Source: an uncultured Candidatus Saccharibacteria bacterium
Lineage (GTDB): Bacteria; Patescibacteriota; Minisyncoccia; Phycocordibacterales; UBA9988
Reading direction: 5' to 3'
NCBI GenBank assembly: GCA_964401135.1
Contig: CAYNXC010000001.1
Span: 210,264 to 274,263, forward strand
Length of the DNA stretch: 64,000 nucleotides
How positions within the stretch are numbered: position 1 is the first letter of the stretch; each line of letters starts with the position of its first letter. The notes under the pieces were generated by a model that ran no database searches, had not been told where the DNA came from, and saw only the letters and a program-made list of their open reading frames with translations. Of this stretch, positions 46,017-54,959 are shown piece by piece. A program made the translations under genes and the position numbers.

Positions 46017-48177
46017 AGGTAGCTGTGGTGGTATTTATAGGCGCAGTAGTAATCGTCGGTTTGTTAACATAGTGATGCTGTTGCGCCCACTTCTGTATAG
46101 GGGTTTCCCAAAGTATATACTGCGGATCGTTCTCTGGGCGGATAGGTCGTGCACCTAATGGGTTATTTTTGTTTACCCAATATAGAATTGAGTGAATGTT
46201 TGCTGCCACTTCTCCTTGCCAATATCCTCGTAATACAGGTTTAATATCAGTGGGTGTAGTTTCCGGTTTTGTGAATGACTCTTTGGGAATAATCGTTAAA
46301 GCTTCACTCATAAATGTATTCCAGAGAGGCGCAACAATATAGCGCGCCACTCGTTTCTCCATAGGTGTATTGTCGTTATTACCAACCCATGCTCCAACAC
46401 TAATAGTTGGTGTATACCCAAGTATCCACGCGTCTTTGTAATCATTTGTGGTACCAGTTTTTACCGCAACATCATATCCAGGGAAGTAGAGAGGGGAGTT
46501 TGCTCCAAATGCAGGTGTCCTTGCTACATTATCTGAAAGTACATCAGTAATTTGACGAGCAACATTAACGGTGATGACTTGTTTGGGGTTTTGTGTGAAC
46601 TCCTCAACAATTCTCCCTTTTGAATCTTCTATTTTTAAGATAAATGCAGGCTGGTTGCGTACTCCATCATTCGCAAATACACCATAAGCACTCGTAAGTT
46701 CAAGCAATGTTACTTCACCGCCACCAAGTGCGAGAGAGAGACCGTACTGATTTGAATTACCAAGATTTTTAATACCCATTACATTTGCTGTATTAATTGA
46801 GTCGCTTATCCCTGCAAGGTACATTACTTTTACTGATGGGATGTTAATCGACTGTGCAAGTGCGTTTCGCATACTAATTGGACCACGGAATATTGAGTCG
46901 TAGTTTTCTGGGTGATAACAAGAGGATCCATCCGCGCCTGTTTTTGATGTCCCGTCAGGATTACAAGAAGTATCAAACTCAGTAAATAAATCAAAAAGGA
47001 CAGTGTCTGGTGTGTATCCTTTTGCAAATGCGGTTGCGTATGCGAAGGGTTTAAATGTAGATCCCGGTTGGCGGTGTGCAAGGGTGATATTGAAGTTGCC
47101 CTCATTGTCTCTATCAAAATAATTTCGTGATCCTACCATTGCGAGAATTTGTCCTGTCTTTGGGTCTAGTGCTACGAGCCCTGCATTCTTTGCATTGAAA
47201 TTAGTCTCATTCTCTGCTGCGTATTTTGCAACAATTTCTTGTGCACGACTTTGAAGGTGCCAATCAAGTGTTGTGACTACAGAGTATCCCTCTTGTTCAA
47301 TCGTCTCTCTCCCGTACTTCTCTTCAAGGTATGAGCGGACATAATCTACAAAGTGTGGGGCTTTGATACCGCCTCCGCCTCGTTGGTTGAAGGTTATTTT
47401 CTCTGATCGTGCTTGGATGAATTGTTCTTTATTAATCTTTCCTAAATCAAGCATCCTCTGCAGAATAAGATTCTTTCGTTCCTCAAGCCTGTCTTGGTGG
47501 GACCCGTACGGTGAGAGGTATGATGGAGCTTGCGGGAGTGCCGCAAGGTATGCAGATTCCGCAAGACTTAAGACTCGAGCGCTCTTCCCAAAGAATGACT
47601 GCGACGCCTCCTCAACCCCATAAATACTTCCGCCATAGGGAGCTTCATTTAAGTAAATAGCAAGAATATCATCCTTAGCCATTGAGCGCTCTAGTTTTAC
47701 TGCAAGGATTACTTCTTTTATTTTTCTGGTGATACTCCTATCACTAGTCAAGATTGCCATTTTAATAACTTGCTGGGTTATGGTTGAGCCACCCTGCCGT
47801 ACCGATCCAGCCCCTAGGTTTACGAGGAATGCCCGTGCGATACCTCTAGGATCTACACCATTGTGCTCAAAAAAGTTAGCATCCTCGATTGCTATTGTTG
47901 CGTCCTGGACTGTCTTTGCTATGTCGCTTAATGGGACAATAGTCCTCTTTACATTCCCGTGTACATCGTAGAGTACCACCTTCCCCGTGCGATCATAAAT
48001 CTTAGTTGATTCAAAGATGTCTCGAGCTTGGAATGAGTCAAATGTTGGTATGTCTAAAGTGACTGCCCATAAGACAGAGACGCCGGTGGTGACAAAAAAA
48101 ATAATCCCCGCAAGTGCAAGGCTCTTGAGTGCAAGACGAGTGGTGGAACTCTGTTTAATTTTCTTTACCCAACCCAT
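46000..48177 (-). CDS. Bifunctional class A penicillin-binding protein (PBP1A family)
   Basis: AIED..F..H.GVD, GGSTITQQ, RKIKE, RQPGSTFKP (SxxK), QSIN, KTGT. Confidence 0.95.
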   Translation of the reverse strand: MGWVKKIKQSSTTRLALKSLALAGIIFFVTTGVSVLWAVTLDIPTFDSFQARDIFESTKIYDRTGKVVLYDVHGNVKRTIVPLSDIAKTVQDATIAIEDANFFEHNGVDPRGIARAFLVNLGAGSVRQGGSTITQQVIKMAILTSDRSITRKIKEVILAVKLERSMAKDDILAIYLNEAPYGGSIYGVEEASQSFFGKSARVLSLAESAYLAALPQAPSYLSPYGSHQDRLEERKNLILQRMLDLGKINKEQFIQARSEKITFNQRGGGGIKAPHFVDYVRSYLEEKYGRETIEQEGYSVVTTLDWHLQSRAQEIVAKYAAENETNFNAKNAGLVALDPKTGQILAMVGSRNYFDRDNEGNFNITLAHRQPGSTFKPFAYATAFAKGYTPDTVLFDLFTEFDTSCNPDGTSKTGADGSSCYHPENYDSIFRGPISMRNALAQSINIPSVKVMYLAGISDSINTANVMGIKNLGNSNQYGLSLALGGGEVTLLELTSAYGVFANDGVRNQPAFILKIEDSKGRIVEEFTQNPKQVITVNVARQITDVLSDNVARTPAFGANSPLYFPGYDVAVKTGTTNDYKDAWILGYTPTISVGAWVGNNDNTPMEKRVARYIVAPLWNTFMSEALTIIPKESFTKPETTPTDIKPVLRGYWQGEVAANIHSILYWVNKNNPLGARPIRPENDPQYILWETPIQKWAQQHHYVNKPTITTAPINTTTATSTISR

Positions 48178-48217
48178 TGCTCTTTATCATACCACACATT
48201 TATGGTACTTTGAAGCG

Positions 48218-49381
48218 ATGCACTTATCTCAAACTATTTCTCATTTACTCTCACGAGGGGTATCTCAAATTTATCCAACCGTTGATCTGCTCGCGGAGAG
48301 GCTCAGAAAGGGGCCTATACGCCTCTATAGCGGCATTGATCCTACAGGTCCTACCCTTCACCTAGGACACGCGTCTATACTCCGTAAAATGCGGATGTTT
48401 CAAGATGAGGGGCATCAAGTAGTTCTCCTTGTTGGTGATTTTACTGCGATGATCGGAGATCCAACTGGTAAGGCGAGTGCTCGTAAACAGCTGAGTCAAA
48501 AGGAGGTGCAAAGCAATATGGAGGCGTATCTGGAGCAAGTGGGGAGGATACTCAACCTTGATTCAGTTGAAATACGCTACAACAGTGAATGGTTGAGCGG
48601 ACTTTCTCTCCGCGATATGGTGGGGCTCTTGAGTGAATTTACTGTCCAGCAGATGATAGAGCGGGATATGTTTGAAAGACGGATTAGTGTAGGAGAGCCA
48701 GTGTATGTGCACGAATTTCTCTATCCAGCGCTCCAAGGCTATGACTCAGTTGCCTTGGGTGTTGATCTTGAAGTAGGGGGGAGTGATCAGATTTTTAATA
48801 TGTTGGCAGGACGGACACTCCTCAAAAAGAGGGGAAAAGAAAAATTTATTCTCGCAACAAAATTGCTCATTGATCCAACAGGAAAGAAGATGGGGAAGAC
48901 GGAGGGGAATATGGTGGCTCTCTCTGACTCAGTGAATGATGCCTTTGGAAAGGTGATGAGTTGGTCAGATGAGCTTATGGAGCCGGCCTTTGAATTACTT
49001 ACCTCAAAAGACTTAGATGAAGTACGAGACCTTATATCACGCAATCCTAGAGAGGCAAAGATGACTCTCGCTTATTCCATCACCGAGTGGATTTGGGGGA
49101 AGGAGAGTGCTGAGAGTGCCCAAGAGACTTTCACCGACCGCTTTAGTAATGGGATCATCACAGGGACAATACCAGAAATTACTGTTACGCGCGGATCTCT
49201 CCTTGCTGATGCAGTACTCCAGTCTGGGCTCATTGCCTCTAAATCGGAGTGGCGTCGCCTCGTGTTGGAAGGGGCGATAGAGGTGGAGGGAAATAAAATA
49301 TCTGATCCGTCCATTTCAGTATCCCAAGCTTCCCAACAGTTGCGAATAGGAAAGAGTCGTTTTCTCTCTATTCATACATAG
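48218..49381 (+). CDS. tyrS: Tyrosine-tRNA ligase
   Basis: GIDPTG..LHLGH, IGDPTG, YP.LQGYD, GGSDQ.FN, KMGKT, S4 domain. Confidence 0.96.
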   Translation: MHLSQTISHLLSRGVSQIYPTVDLLAERLRKGPIRLYSGIDPTGPTLHLGHASILRKMRMFQDEGHQVVLLVGDFTAMIGDPTGKASARKQLSQKEVQSNMEAYLEQVGRILNLDSVEIRYNSEWLSGLSLRDMVGLLSEFTVQQMIERDMFERRISVGEPVYVHEFLYPALQGYDSVALGVDLEVGGSDQIFNMLAGRTLLKKRGKEKFILATKLLIDPTGKKMGKTEGNMVALSDSVNDAFGKVMSWSDELMEPAFELLTSKDLDEVRDLISRNPREAKMTLAYSITEWIWGKESAESAQETFTDRFSNGIITGTIPEITVTRGSLLADAVLQSGLIASKSEWRRLVLEGAIEVEGNKISDPSISVSQASQQLRIGKSRFLSIHT

Positions 49382-49382
49382 T

Positions 49383-49419
49383 AATAAAAAATACCGGTGT
49401 AAGACCAGTATTTTTTATC
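49383..49419. terminator. Bidirectional terminator
   Basis: ATAAAAAATACCGGT-GTAAG-ACCAGTATTTTTTAT between convergent genes. Confidence 0.7.
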
Positions 49420-49437
49420 GGAGAAAGTTTTTAGCTT

Positions 49438-49560
49438 TTATTCTTCGAAAGAACCAGAACCAAAACCTTCTTCGTCCTCGTCTTTAAAACCTACCTCCTC
49501 TTCATCCTCATCTTTATCTTCCTTATCTTCAAAATCGTCCTTCATCAAATCGTCATCCAT
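49438..49560 (-). CDS. 40-aa hyperacidic microprotein MDDDLMKDDFEDKEDKDEDEEEVGFKDEDEEGFGSGSFEE
   Basis: Manual translation; 22/40 residues D/E; TGGTATGAT extended -10 at 49611-49619; terminator downstream. Confidence 0.7.
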   Translation of the reverse strand: MDDDLMKDDFEDKEDKDEDEEEVGFKDEDEEGFGSGSFEE

Positions 49561-49661
49561 ATAATTACATTAACTTAATAATGAAAGTCTCTGCGAGACC
49601 ATTTTTTTGTATCATACCACCAATCATTTGCAATGCGGTGCTATGATAGCGTGTGGATAAG

Positions 49662-50153
49662 TTAGCGCATCAGGGGTCGCGCCGTCAAGGCCACCGCAAT
49701 TGCGTCGTACTCATCGTCATGCCGGCGCGTGGCATCCATCATAAGGAGCGTCCGTACCATTGAACTCACCTGTCTCTTATCTGCATTCCCATACCCAGTA
49801 ACTGCGCGCTTAATCTCTTGTGGGGTGAACTCTAGAAAAGAGAGTGCATGCTGTGTAGCAATGTATCGGATAATCCCGCGCAGTTCAGCAACCGCGATGC
49901 CTGTTTTTTGGTTCTTGGTAAAAAAAATCTTTTCGCACGCAAGAATTTTTGGACACCACTTTGTAATAGTGTGTTCCAACACTGTCCCAATTTCTAAAAA
50001 ACGAACATCCAGTGCTCCTGGAACTGGAGTTATGCATGATGACCAGAGAAGCACATCTTTATTGTGTTGTTGCTCAACAACTGCGATACCGCAACGATCG
50101 TACCCAGGGTCTACCCCAAGAACAATAACAGGCTTTTTATGCGTAGGCAGCAT
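49662..50153 (-). CDS. ruvC: Holliday junction resolvase
   Basis: VLGVDPG, E.IFF.KN, E.TP.EIK.AVTGYG.ADK, DD..DA.AVA. Confidence 0.95.
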   Translation of the reverse strand: MLPTHKKPVIVLGVDPGYDRCGIAVVEQQHNKDVLLWSSCITPVPGALDVRFLEIGTVLEHTITKWCPKILACEKIFFTKNQKTGIAVAELRGIIRYIATQHALSFLEFTPQEIKRAVTGYGNADKRQVSSMVRTLLMMDATRRHDDEYDAIAVALTARPLMR

Positions 50154-50673
50154 TTGAGAAGACATTTTTCACATCCGGATGCTCGTCTAATGCATCAATA
50201 ATAAGACCTAGTGTCTCAACCTCATCCTCTCGTATAGGTACTACAGTCTGCGCTTCCCACTCATCACCTTTGTGGGTAAACGCCCACTGAGCGCTCCCCG
50301 GACTTGCGAAGTTTGCACCGTGCGATGAAAGGAGATGACGGATCTCTGCAGCAGTTCTATTTTTATTATCAGTCATCCCTACAATGAGTAGCGCGCTCCC
50401 TCCGGGGCCATAAGCCTCGTAGAGCACTTCTTCGTACTGTGCGTCTCCTCCACCACTTCCCTTAACAATTGCTCGTTCAATATTCTCTGTTGGCATATTT
50501 GACGAGCGAGCTTTCTCTATCACAGCGCGTAGGCGTGGATGATTACGATCTCCGCTAGATGCGCGAGCTTCCATTGTAATTGCTCGTACTAGCATAGAGA
50601 ATAACTTACTCTTCTTTGCATCTTCGGCCGCTTTCTTATTTTTTATCTGTGACCATTTATTATGTCCTGACAT
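50137..50673 (-). CDS. YebC/PmpR family protein (short form)
   Basis: MSGHNKWSQIK, YEAYGPGG, TDNKNRT. Confidence 0.93.
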   Translation of the reverse strand: MSGHNKWSQIKNKKAAEDAKKSKLFSMLVRAITMEARASSGDRNHPRLRAVIEKARSSNMPTENIERAIVKGSGGGDAQYEEVLYEAYGPGGSALLIVGMTDNKNRTAAEIRHLLSSHGANFASPGSAQWAFTHKGDEWEAQTVVPIREDEVETLGLIIDALDEHPDVKNVFSNAAYA

Positions 50674-50676
50674 AGT

Positions 50677-51693
50677 CTAGAGTAATGAAGATTGTGCTGG
50701 TGTGTCGTAGCCGAGGTGTTTGTAGGCGCGTTCTGTTGCTGTCCTACCGCGTGGTGTTCTCTCAATCAATCCTAACTGTATGAGGTAAGGCTCGTTGATC
50801 TCTTCTATCGTAGATTCATCCTCGGCGAGTGCAGTGGCAATTGTCCCGACCCCGACTGGTCCTCCGTGGAAAGTCTCTATGATAACCGAGAGAACTCGAC
50901 GGTCAATAGAGGAGAGTCCTAGCTCGTCAATTTCTAACAGAGAGAGTGCCTCGTGCACCGTTTCTTTGTTGAGTACCCGTCGTTTGACTTGTGCGTAGTC
51001 ACGAGCCCGTTTCAGGTATTGGTTAGCTATACGGGGAGTGAAGCGGCTCCGCCGAGCAATCTCGGTAATCGCACTCTCTTCGATAGGAACAGCGAGGATC
51101 CGTGCGGATCTTCGAATGATAGTACCTATCTCCTCCTCGGTGTAGAACTCTAATCGGAATGTGCCACCACCAAATCGTGAGCGGAGCGGTGCAGAGAGGA
51201 GTGAGATGCGCGTAGTTGCCGCAATGAGAGTGAATGGGGGAAGTTCTAACTGGATACTGCGTGCTCCTGGCCCCTTCCCAATAATAATATTGAGCATACC
51301 TGATTCCATCGCGGGGTAGAGTACTTCCTCGATCAATTTATTGAGACGATGAGCCTCGTCTATAAATAGAATATCACCCGGTGATAGGTTGGTGAGAATA
51401 GATGCAATGTCTCCTACCTTTTCAATTGCTGGTCCGGAGGTTGTTTTTATTTGTGCGCCCATCTCTCGTGCAATTAAGTAGGCGATGGTGGTCTTCCCCA
51501 AGCCCGGAGGCCCGTAGAAGAGAAGGTGTTCTGGAGGGTGTTTACGCTCTTCTGCTGCTGATAGGAGGATACGAAGGTTCCCTTTAATGTGCTCCTGTCC
51601 CACATACTCATCCCACGAGTTCGGGCGTAGGGCGCTGTCTAAGTGCCGCTCGTGTTCCGAAATTTCTATCTCTAGTGTTTTATTACTTGACAT
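50677..51693 (-). CDS. ruvB: Holliday junction branch-migration ATPase
   Basis: LRP, YGPPGLGKTT, LFIDE.HRL, ATTR, PLRSRFG, EPYL, RTPRGR. Confidence 0.97.
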   Translation of the reverse strand: MSSNKTLEIEISEHERHLDSALRPNSWDEYVGQEHIKGNLRILLSAAEERKHPPEHLLFYGPPGLGKTTIAYLIAREMGAQIKTTSGPAIEKVGDIASILTNLSPGDILFIDEAHRLNKLIEEVLYPAMESGMLNIIIGKGPGARSIQLELPPFTLIAATTRISLLSAPLRSRFGGGTFRLEFYTEEEIGTIIRRSARILAVPIEESAITEIARRSRFTPRIANQYLKRARDYAQVKRRVLNKETVHEALSLLEIDELGLSSIDRRVLSVIIETFHGGPVGVGTIATALAEDESTIEEINEPYLIQLGLIERTPRGRTATERAYKHLGYDTPAQSSLL

Positions 51694-51715
51694 GAAATAT
51701 AATGTATGCTAGTGT
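51687..51715 (+). promoter_or_regulatory. sigma70 promoter for intergenic ncRNA
   Basis: TTGACA-17bp-TAGTGT with TGn extension; predicted start ~51722. Confidence 0.7.
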
Positions 51716-51721
51716 CAACCC

Positions 51722-51889
51722 TGACTGAACGGAGTAATCTCTAAGCAATCGGGGCGCAAGCCTATGGGTCTGTCTGCTAGGACGCTTTGGTCTTCTCACT
51801 TTAGTGAGACTGCTGGTGCTATCCTCGTGGGCAAGCCTGCCTTCTTGGAGTTCCAAGAAGGATTGTTTAGAGATTTTTTCGCTCAGTCT
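51722..51889 (+). ncRNA. ~170-nt structured ncRNA, 6S RNA-like architecture
   Basis: Ends pair (GACTGA..AATCTCTAAGCAATC / GATTGTTTAGAGATT..TCAGTC); long irregular inner stem capped by TCTCACT/AGTGAGA; two side hairpins; G-U pairs favour the + strand. Confidence 0.7.
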
Positions 51890-53580
51890 CAATGATCTTC
51901 ACCCGTAAGGTCAATGACACGCCCTAACTCATCTAAGGAGGTATCACCGCGTAATACCTTTAAGACACCATCCTCGCGCATGGTGAGGATATTTTGAGGG
52001 AGTGCTGCGCGTCTGATTTCCCGTTCGCTCGGATTGCTTAAGGTGACAGTGGTAATTGCCTCATCCGAGCGTATTGCCTCAAAAATACCACTTCGTCCTT
52101 TGTAGCCTGTCATGTTACAGAGAGGACAACCAACTGCCACAAAGTAGTGATCTGTGGTGGAGGCGCTAATGTCAGGGCGCCGCGAAGAGATTGCCTCCGT
52201 TGTCTTTTGTAGGAGAGCCAACTCCTCAGGTGAAGGGGTGGCCTCTTTTTTGCATCTCTCACAAAGCTTCCGTACGAGGCGTTGCGCAATAGCGATTGTG
52301 AGCGCTGATCCAATCACTTTTGGATTAACGCCAAGATCGATGAGGCGTGGGATGGTGCCTGCCGCGGTGTTTGTGTGGAGGGTGCTAAAGACCAAGTGCC
52401 CCGTGAGTGCGGAGTTGACCGCGACTCCTGCCGTCTCTTTGTCACGAATCTCACCAACCATAATAATGTCTGGGTCTTGGCGCAAGGCAGAACGGAGCCC
52501 CTCCAAAAAAGTATAGCCCTTATCTTCCTCCACCTGCGTTTGGTTGATACCATCAAGGTGATACTCAACAGGGTCCTCAATGGTGATGATTTTATTCCCC
52601 GTGTTTGAGACATAGCGCAAGAATGCGTAGAGTGTGGTGGTCTTACCACTTCCTGTTGGCCCAGTGAGCAGGATCATCCCGTTTGGTTTGGAGAGCTCCT
52701 CTTCAAAAACGCTCTTGAGTCGCGGCTCAATACCTAACTTGTCAAAAGTGAGCGCTATTGTCTCTGGGTTGAGTATGCGCATAACTACCGACTCTCCGTA
52801 AGTGCCGGGTATGATGGAGCTACGGATCTCCATCTCGGTACCCTTAAGCCGGACGCTAAAGCGACCATCTTGCGCAACATTTTTTAAGTTCAACTTCATT
52901 GCAGAGACGAGTTTAATACGCATGAGTACATTGTGGAAAATCTTTGCGTCTATGTGCACAATGTCTTGGAGTACTCCGTCTAGCCGGTAGCGTAGGCGTA
53001 TAGAAGCATCTTCTGGCTCGATGTGAATATCGGACGATGAGAGTGCGATGGCTCCAGAGAGAATAACCTCGACGAGGTTGGAGATGCCTTGCCCTGATCG
53101 GACCGCCACCTCTTCCTGTTCAACGAGCTTTTGCGCGTCATCGATACTTTTTATTTTCTCTAGGTATGATGAGAGTACCTCTTCAGAAATTGAGATAACT
53201 CCCGCGTCGGTCCGGGAACTCTTAGAGATCTCTGCGTAGTGCTCCCATGCGCGCGCGAGACTCTTTTTTGATGCAATATATAGGGATGGGATGAAGCCCT
53301 TCTCCCTCAACTCCTCAAGTATTCCAGAGACGGCTGGAGAGTCTGGAATCGCGGCGGCAATGTCGATTTTTTTTCCTGTGGCTCGGAAGGAAGCGACAGA
53401 AGACTGCTCTGCTTCTTCTTGGGGTATGATACGGAGAGCATCAGTGTTAATGGCGATGGTGGAGAGGTCAATGTAGGGGATACCGAACTTTGCCGCTACA
53501 ATTTGCGCCAGATCTTCCTCCTCTTTAGCGTGGAGGTCAGCAATACGCTTATCTTGCTTCTCTTCATCAAAACTAATCAT
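51889..53580 (-). CDS. pilB: PilB/GspE-family pilus assembly ATPase
   Basis: SDIHIEP, QDGRF, TGPTGSGKTT, TIEDPVEY, LRQDPD, GH...STLHTN, Zn motifs C..C/GC..C. Confidence 0.92.
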   Translation of the reverse strand: MISFDEEKQDKRIADLHAKEEEDLAQIVAAKFGIPYIDLSTIAINTDALRIIPQEEAEQSSVASFRATGKKIDIAAAIPDSPAVSGILEELREKGFIPSLYIASKKSLARAWEHYAEISKSSRTDAGVISISEEVLSSYLEKIKSIDDAQKLVEQEEVAVRSGQGISNLVEVILSGAIALSSSDIHIEPEDASIRLRYRLDGVLQDIVHIDAKIFHNVLMRIKLVSAMKLNLKNVAQDGRFSVRLKGTEMEIRSSIIPGTYGESVVMRILNPETIALTFDKLGIEPRLKSVFEEELSKPNGMILLTGPTGSGKTTTLYAFLRYVSNTGNKIITIEDPVEYHLDGINQTQVEEDKGYTFLEGLRSALRQDPDIIMVGEIRDKETAGVAVNSALTGHLVFSTLHTNTAAGTIPRLIDLGVNPKVIGSALTIAIAQRLVRKLCERCKKEATPSPEELALLQKTTEAISSRRPDISASTTDHYFVAVGCPLCNMTGYKGRSGIFEAIRSDEAITTVTLSNPSEREIRRAALPQNILTMREDGVLKVLRGDTSLDELGRVIDLTGEDH

Positions 53581-53680
53581 CTTTATAGTGTAGCACGAGA
53601 AGCCCACGAGATATTATTGACGAGTCAAATAAAGATATGTACATTCTTCGCTCAGAAGAACATTTCAAAAAAGAAATAAG

Positions 53681-53703
53681 TGTTCAACCTCGGAGGTTGA
53701 ACA
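53681..53703. repeat. Perfect stand-alone palindrome TGTTCAACCT-CGG-AGGTTGAACA
   Basis: 10-bp perfect inverted repeat in a divergent intergenic region. Confidence 0.6.
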
Positions 53704-53750
53704 GCTGGCGGGGGGGGTCAAGCCGTTGTCGCGGTCACATTATAGGGAAC

Positions 53751-53778
53751 TTGACAGATAAACCATATATGCTATAAT
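53751..53778 (+). promoter_or_regulatory. Consensus sigma70 promoter
   Basis: TTGACA-16bp-TATAAT with TGn extension. Confidence 0.8.
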
Positions 53779-53847
53779 GGACACAGAGTCGTTGAAAATC
53801 CCCTAAATTCGCGTTAGCGAATGGGAATATATGAGGAGGAGAAGAAA

Positions 53848-54429
53848 ATGAAGTTGAATAAGGAAGATGCTTTCTATCTTGTCGTGGCGGCGCTTGTTAT
53901 CACATTCTTTGCACTCTCGGCCTATGCAGGCGAGCCAGGGAGCGAAGAGCGGGCCAGAGTCACTACAGTGGATGCTCCACTACAAGCGACCCCAATCCCC
54001 GCATGGCAGCCCGCACAGGCACCTGCTCCACAACCGGAGATCCGCTATGTGGATCGGATTGTGGAGAAGCCAATCTATGTTGATCGGGAAGTTTATGTGG
54101 ACAAGCCGATCTACATTGACCGACCAGTAGAGAAGATCATCGTGGAAGAATGCCCTGTATTCATCCCGCCTGCCCCGCCGATGCCGGTCTACATTCCTGA
54201 TCCGGCTCCGTCCCTGTTTGGGATCGGATTTGACCTCAATGTGGGCTTCGGTCATCGTCAACCACGGAATCATCCGCAGTACGATAGATACAATCGGTAT
54301 GTTGACTACAACTACCAGCCACGCTATCAGCAACTCCGATACCAACAACGGTATGATCATCTCGATCATCATTACGATCGCAGGTCGTCATACCGCCCAT
54401 CGCGCCACTATCATGACGATTGTTGGTGA
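53848..54429 (+). CDS. Secreted/anchored low-complexity protein with (E/D)KPIYVDR repeats and Y/H/R-rich tail
   Basis: GAGGAGGA SD, signal peptide, Pro-rich segments, repeat block, terminator downstream. Confidence 0.8.
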   Translation: MKLNKEDAFYLVVAALVITFFALSAYAGEPGSEERARVTTVDAPLQATPIPAWQPAQAPAPQPEIRYVDRIVEKPIYVDREVYVDKPIYIDRPVEKIIVEECPVFIPPAPPMPVYIPDPAPSLFGIGFDLNVGFGHRQPRNHPQYDRYNRYVDYNYQPRYQQLRYQQRYDHLDHHYDRRSSYRPSRHYHDDCW

Positions 54430-54448
54430 GTAGCTCCTCCCCCCTAGC

Positions 54449-54500
54449 CCCCTTGTTTGGTAATTCGCCTCCGGCGGACCAGCAAGGGGGTTTTGTTTGT
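54449..54500 (+). terminator. Intrinsic terminator
   Basis: CCCCTTG..TGGT/ACCA.CAAGGGG stem followed by TTTTGTTT. Confidence 0.65.
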
Positions 54501-54512
54501 TACAATAGGGCG

Positions 54513-54959
54513 ATGCAACGAAGTACCCTCAGTGCAGAAGAGATGAAAGGGTGTGCCAAAGAGATCATAGCACCACTTCTTCCTCAAGAGAGGAGTCATG
54601 CCCTCGTGCTTGCGCTCTCAGGAGATTTAGGAGCAGGGAAGACGACCTTTACCCAAGGAGTGGCAGAAGCGCTCGGCATTCGTGAAGCGGTGGTTAGTCC
54701 AACCTTCACCATCATGAGGATCTATAAAATTCAAAAAGAAGGCCCCTTCACTCATCTCGTTCACATAGATGCCTATCGTTTAGAGAGTGCAGATGAACTG
54801 TTTCGTCTCGGGTGGGATGCCCTCGTGAAGGATCCGCAGTGCTGTATTGTGATAGAGTGGCCGGAGCGTGTGAGCGACTGTATCCCTCCTTCTGCCCACT
54901 CTATTATTCTTAGACTTGTCTCTGATGCTCGCCATGAAATCAGTTACCAAAAAAACTAA
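54513..54959 (+). CDS. tsaE: tRNA t6A biosynthesis ATPase
   Basis: LSGDLGAGKTTF, SPTF, H.D.YRL, IEW. Confidence 0.95.
   Translation: MQRSTLSAEEMKGCAKEIIAPLLPQERSHALVLALSGDLGAGKTTFTQGVAEALGIREAVVSPTFTIMRIYKIQKEGPFTHLVHIDAYRLESADELFRLGWDALVKDPQCCIVIEWPERVSDCIPPSAHSIILRLVSDARHEISYQKN

Noticed and set aside
51751-51785. GGGGCGCAAGCCTATGGGTCT resembles part of a c-di-GMP-I riboswitch
   Set aside because: The upstream GCAAA/GAAA-tetraloop elements are absent, there is no downstream gene on the + strand, and the segment is embedded in a larger end-paired rod.
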